Of a stretch of 64,000 nucleotides of DNA, positions 63,418-64,000 are shown in pieces. The notes beneath the pieces are model-generated. The model made no database searches, was not told the origin of the DNA, and saw nothing but the letters and a program-made list of their open reading frames with translations. Within the stretch, counting starts at the first letter, position 1; each line of letters starts with the position of its first letter. Source of the DNA: a virus; the IMG/VR virus record IMGVR_UViG_3300024264_000006, positions 32,001 through 96,000 of that record; one strand, 5' to 3'. The position numbers and the translations under genes were made by a program.

Positions 63418-64000
63418 CCTGTAAACTTACCCGTTTCAATATCAACACCCGCATCATCTACAAGTCTTTGTTTAGGTTCAGGATCAAATGCCTTCATTAC
63501 ATTCGGGAAGTGCACACCCAATAAATCCCAACAATCTTTAGCAATCAACATATGTTCTTTCTGTGTACCATTAGCCATTCGCAATTGACAGTAGTGAATC
63601 CATGATCGAAGTGTACCAGACACATAAAGAGTTGTCTCTGTGTTACCTTCAGGTAGGACTGCACGTGCTTGTTCTTTTGCGATACCATTATCTAGTGCCC
63701 ACTTATAGACTTGTTTTGACTTATTGATAACTTCAGACTGTTTCATATTCCAGTTTTCGTACAGGCGTTCTTCTTGAGTTTTATTACCACCCTTACCAAA
63801 GTCTTCGATATCTAGGTCAACAGAATTCTGTCGGTTCTTGGGGTCTTGCAGTCTTGCAGCCCTCTGAGTAAAGTCTTCACTGACCGCATACCTCTGAGAG
63901 AATTCTTGAAATGAAAACGAGCGGTGTCGAATAATTTGTCGAGAAATATCACGAGTCGTTGTAATTTCTATAGTTGCACTAACCATTTCAAAGGGTGACC
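63414..64000 (-). CDS. thyX: flavin-dependent thymidylate synthase (5' end outside the window)
   Basis: SPFEM, RHRSFSFQEFSQRY, KEQARAVLP, TQKEH. Confidence 0.95.
   Translation of the reverse strand, partial: SPFEMVSATIEITTTRDISRQIIRHRSFSFQEFSQRYAVSEDFTQRAARLQDPKNRQNSVDLDIEDFGKGGNKTQEERLYENWNMKQSEVINKSKQVYKWALDNGIAKEQARAVLPEGNTETTLYVSGTLRSWIHYCQLRMANGTQKEHMLIAKDCWDLLGVHFPNVMKAFDPEPKQRLVDDAGVDIETGKFTG

Noticed and set aside
1-64000. Stop-codon reassignment or selenocysteine recoding
   Set aside because: Core genes are full length in the standard code; TAA, TAG and TGA all end genes at the expected positions; no suppressor tRNA seen.

Overview
This is a 64-kb segment of a large T4-like (Tevenvirinae/Kyanoviridae-like) myophage genome. 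The gammaproteobacterial-type IscU and sigma70-type early promoters suggest an aquatic gammaproteobacterial host (inference). The left end holds a + strand late block: gp2, gp54-like tube initiator, gp26, gp51 and a tape-measure-like protein. Almost everything else is on the - strand: gp32, gp33, nrdA (glutaredoxin-fused)-iscU-nrdB, thyX (partial), phoH, endolysin, a likely spanin pair, ribosomal protein bS21 and tRNA-Arg(ACG). There is also a ~16-kb island of glycosyl-, sulfo-, methyl- and carbamoyltransferases, a block of proteins with T4-type capsid-targeting N-termini, early-promoter cassettes of small ORFs, and a late operon of signal-peptide proteins that includes pilin-like and chaperone-like members. 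The best non-obvious signals are: (1) a perfect -1 slippery heptamer joining gp26 to gp51 in a lambda G/GT-like position; (2) a 14-nt complement of the 16S rRNA 3' end sitting on the stop codon of an unannotated 50-aa ORF with no start codon after it; (3) the secreted pilin/chaperone-like operon; (4) a ferritin-like/Cj1417-like/cupin/P-loop/methyltransferase cassette; (5) a structured 72-nt RNA behind the tRNA. Family names come from motif recognition only; no database searches were run.
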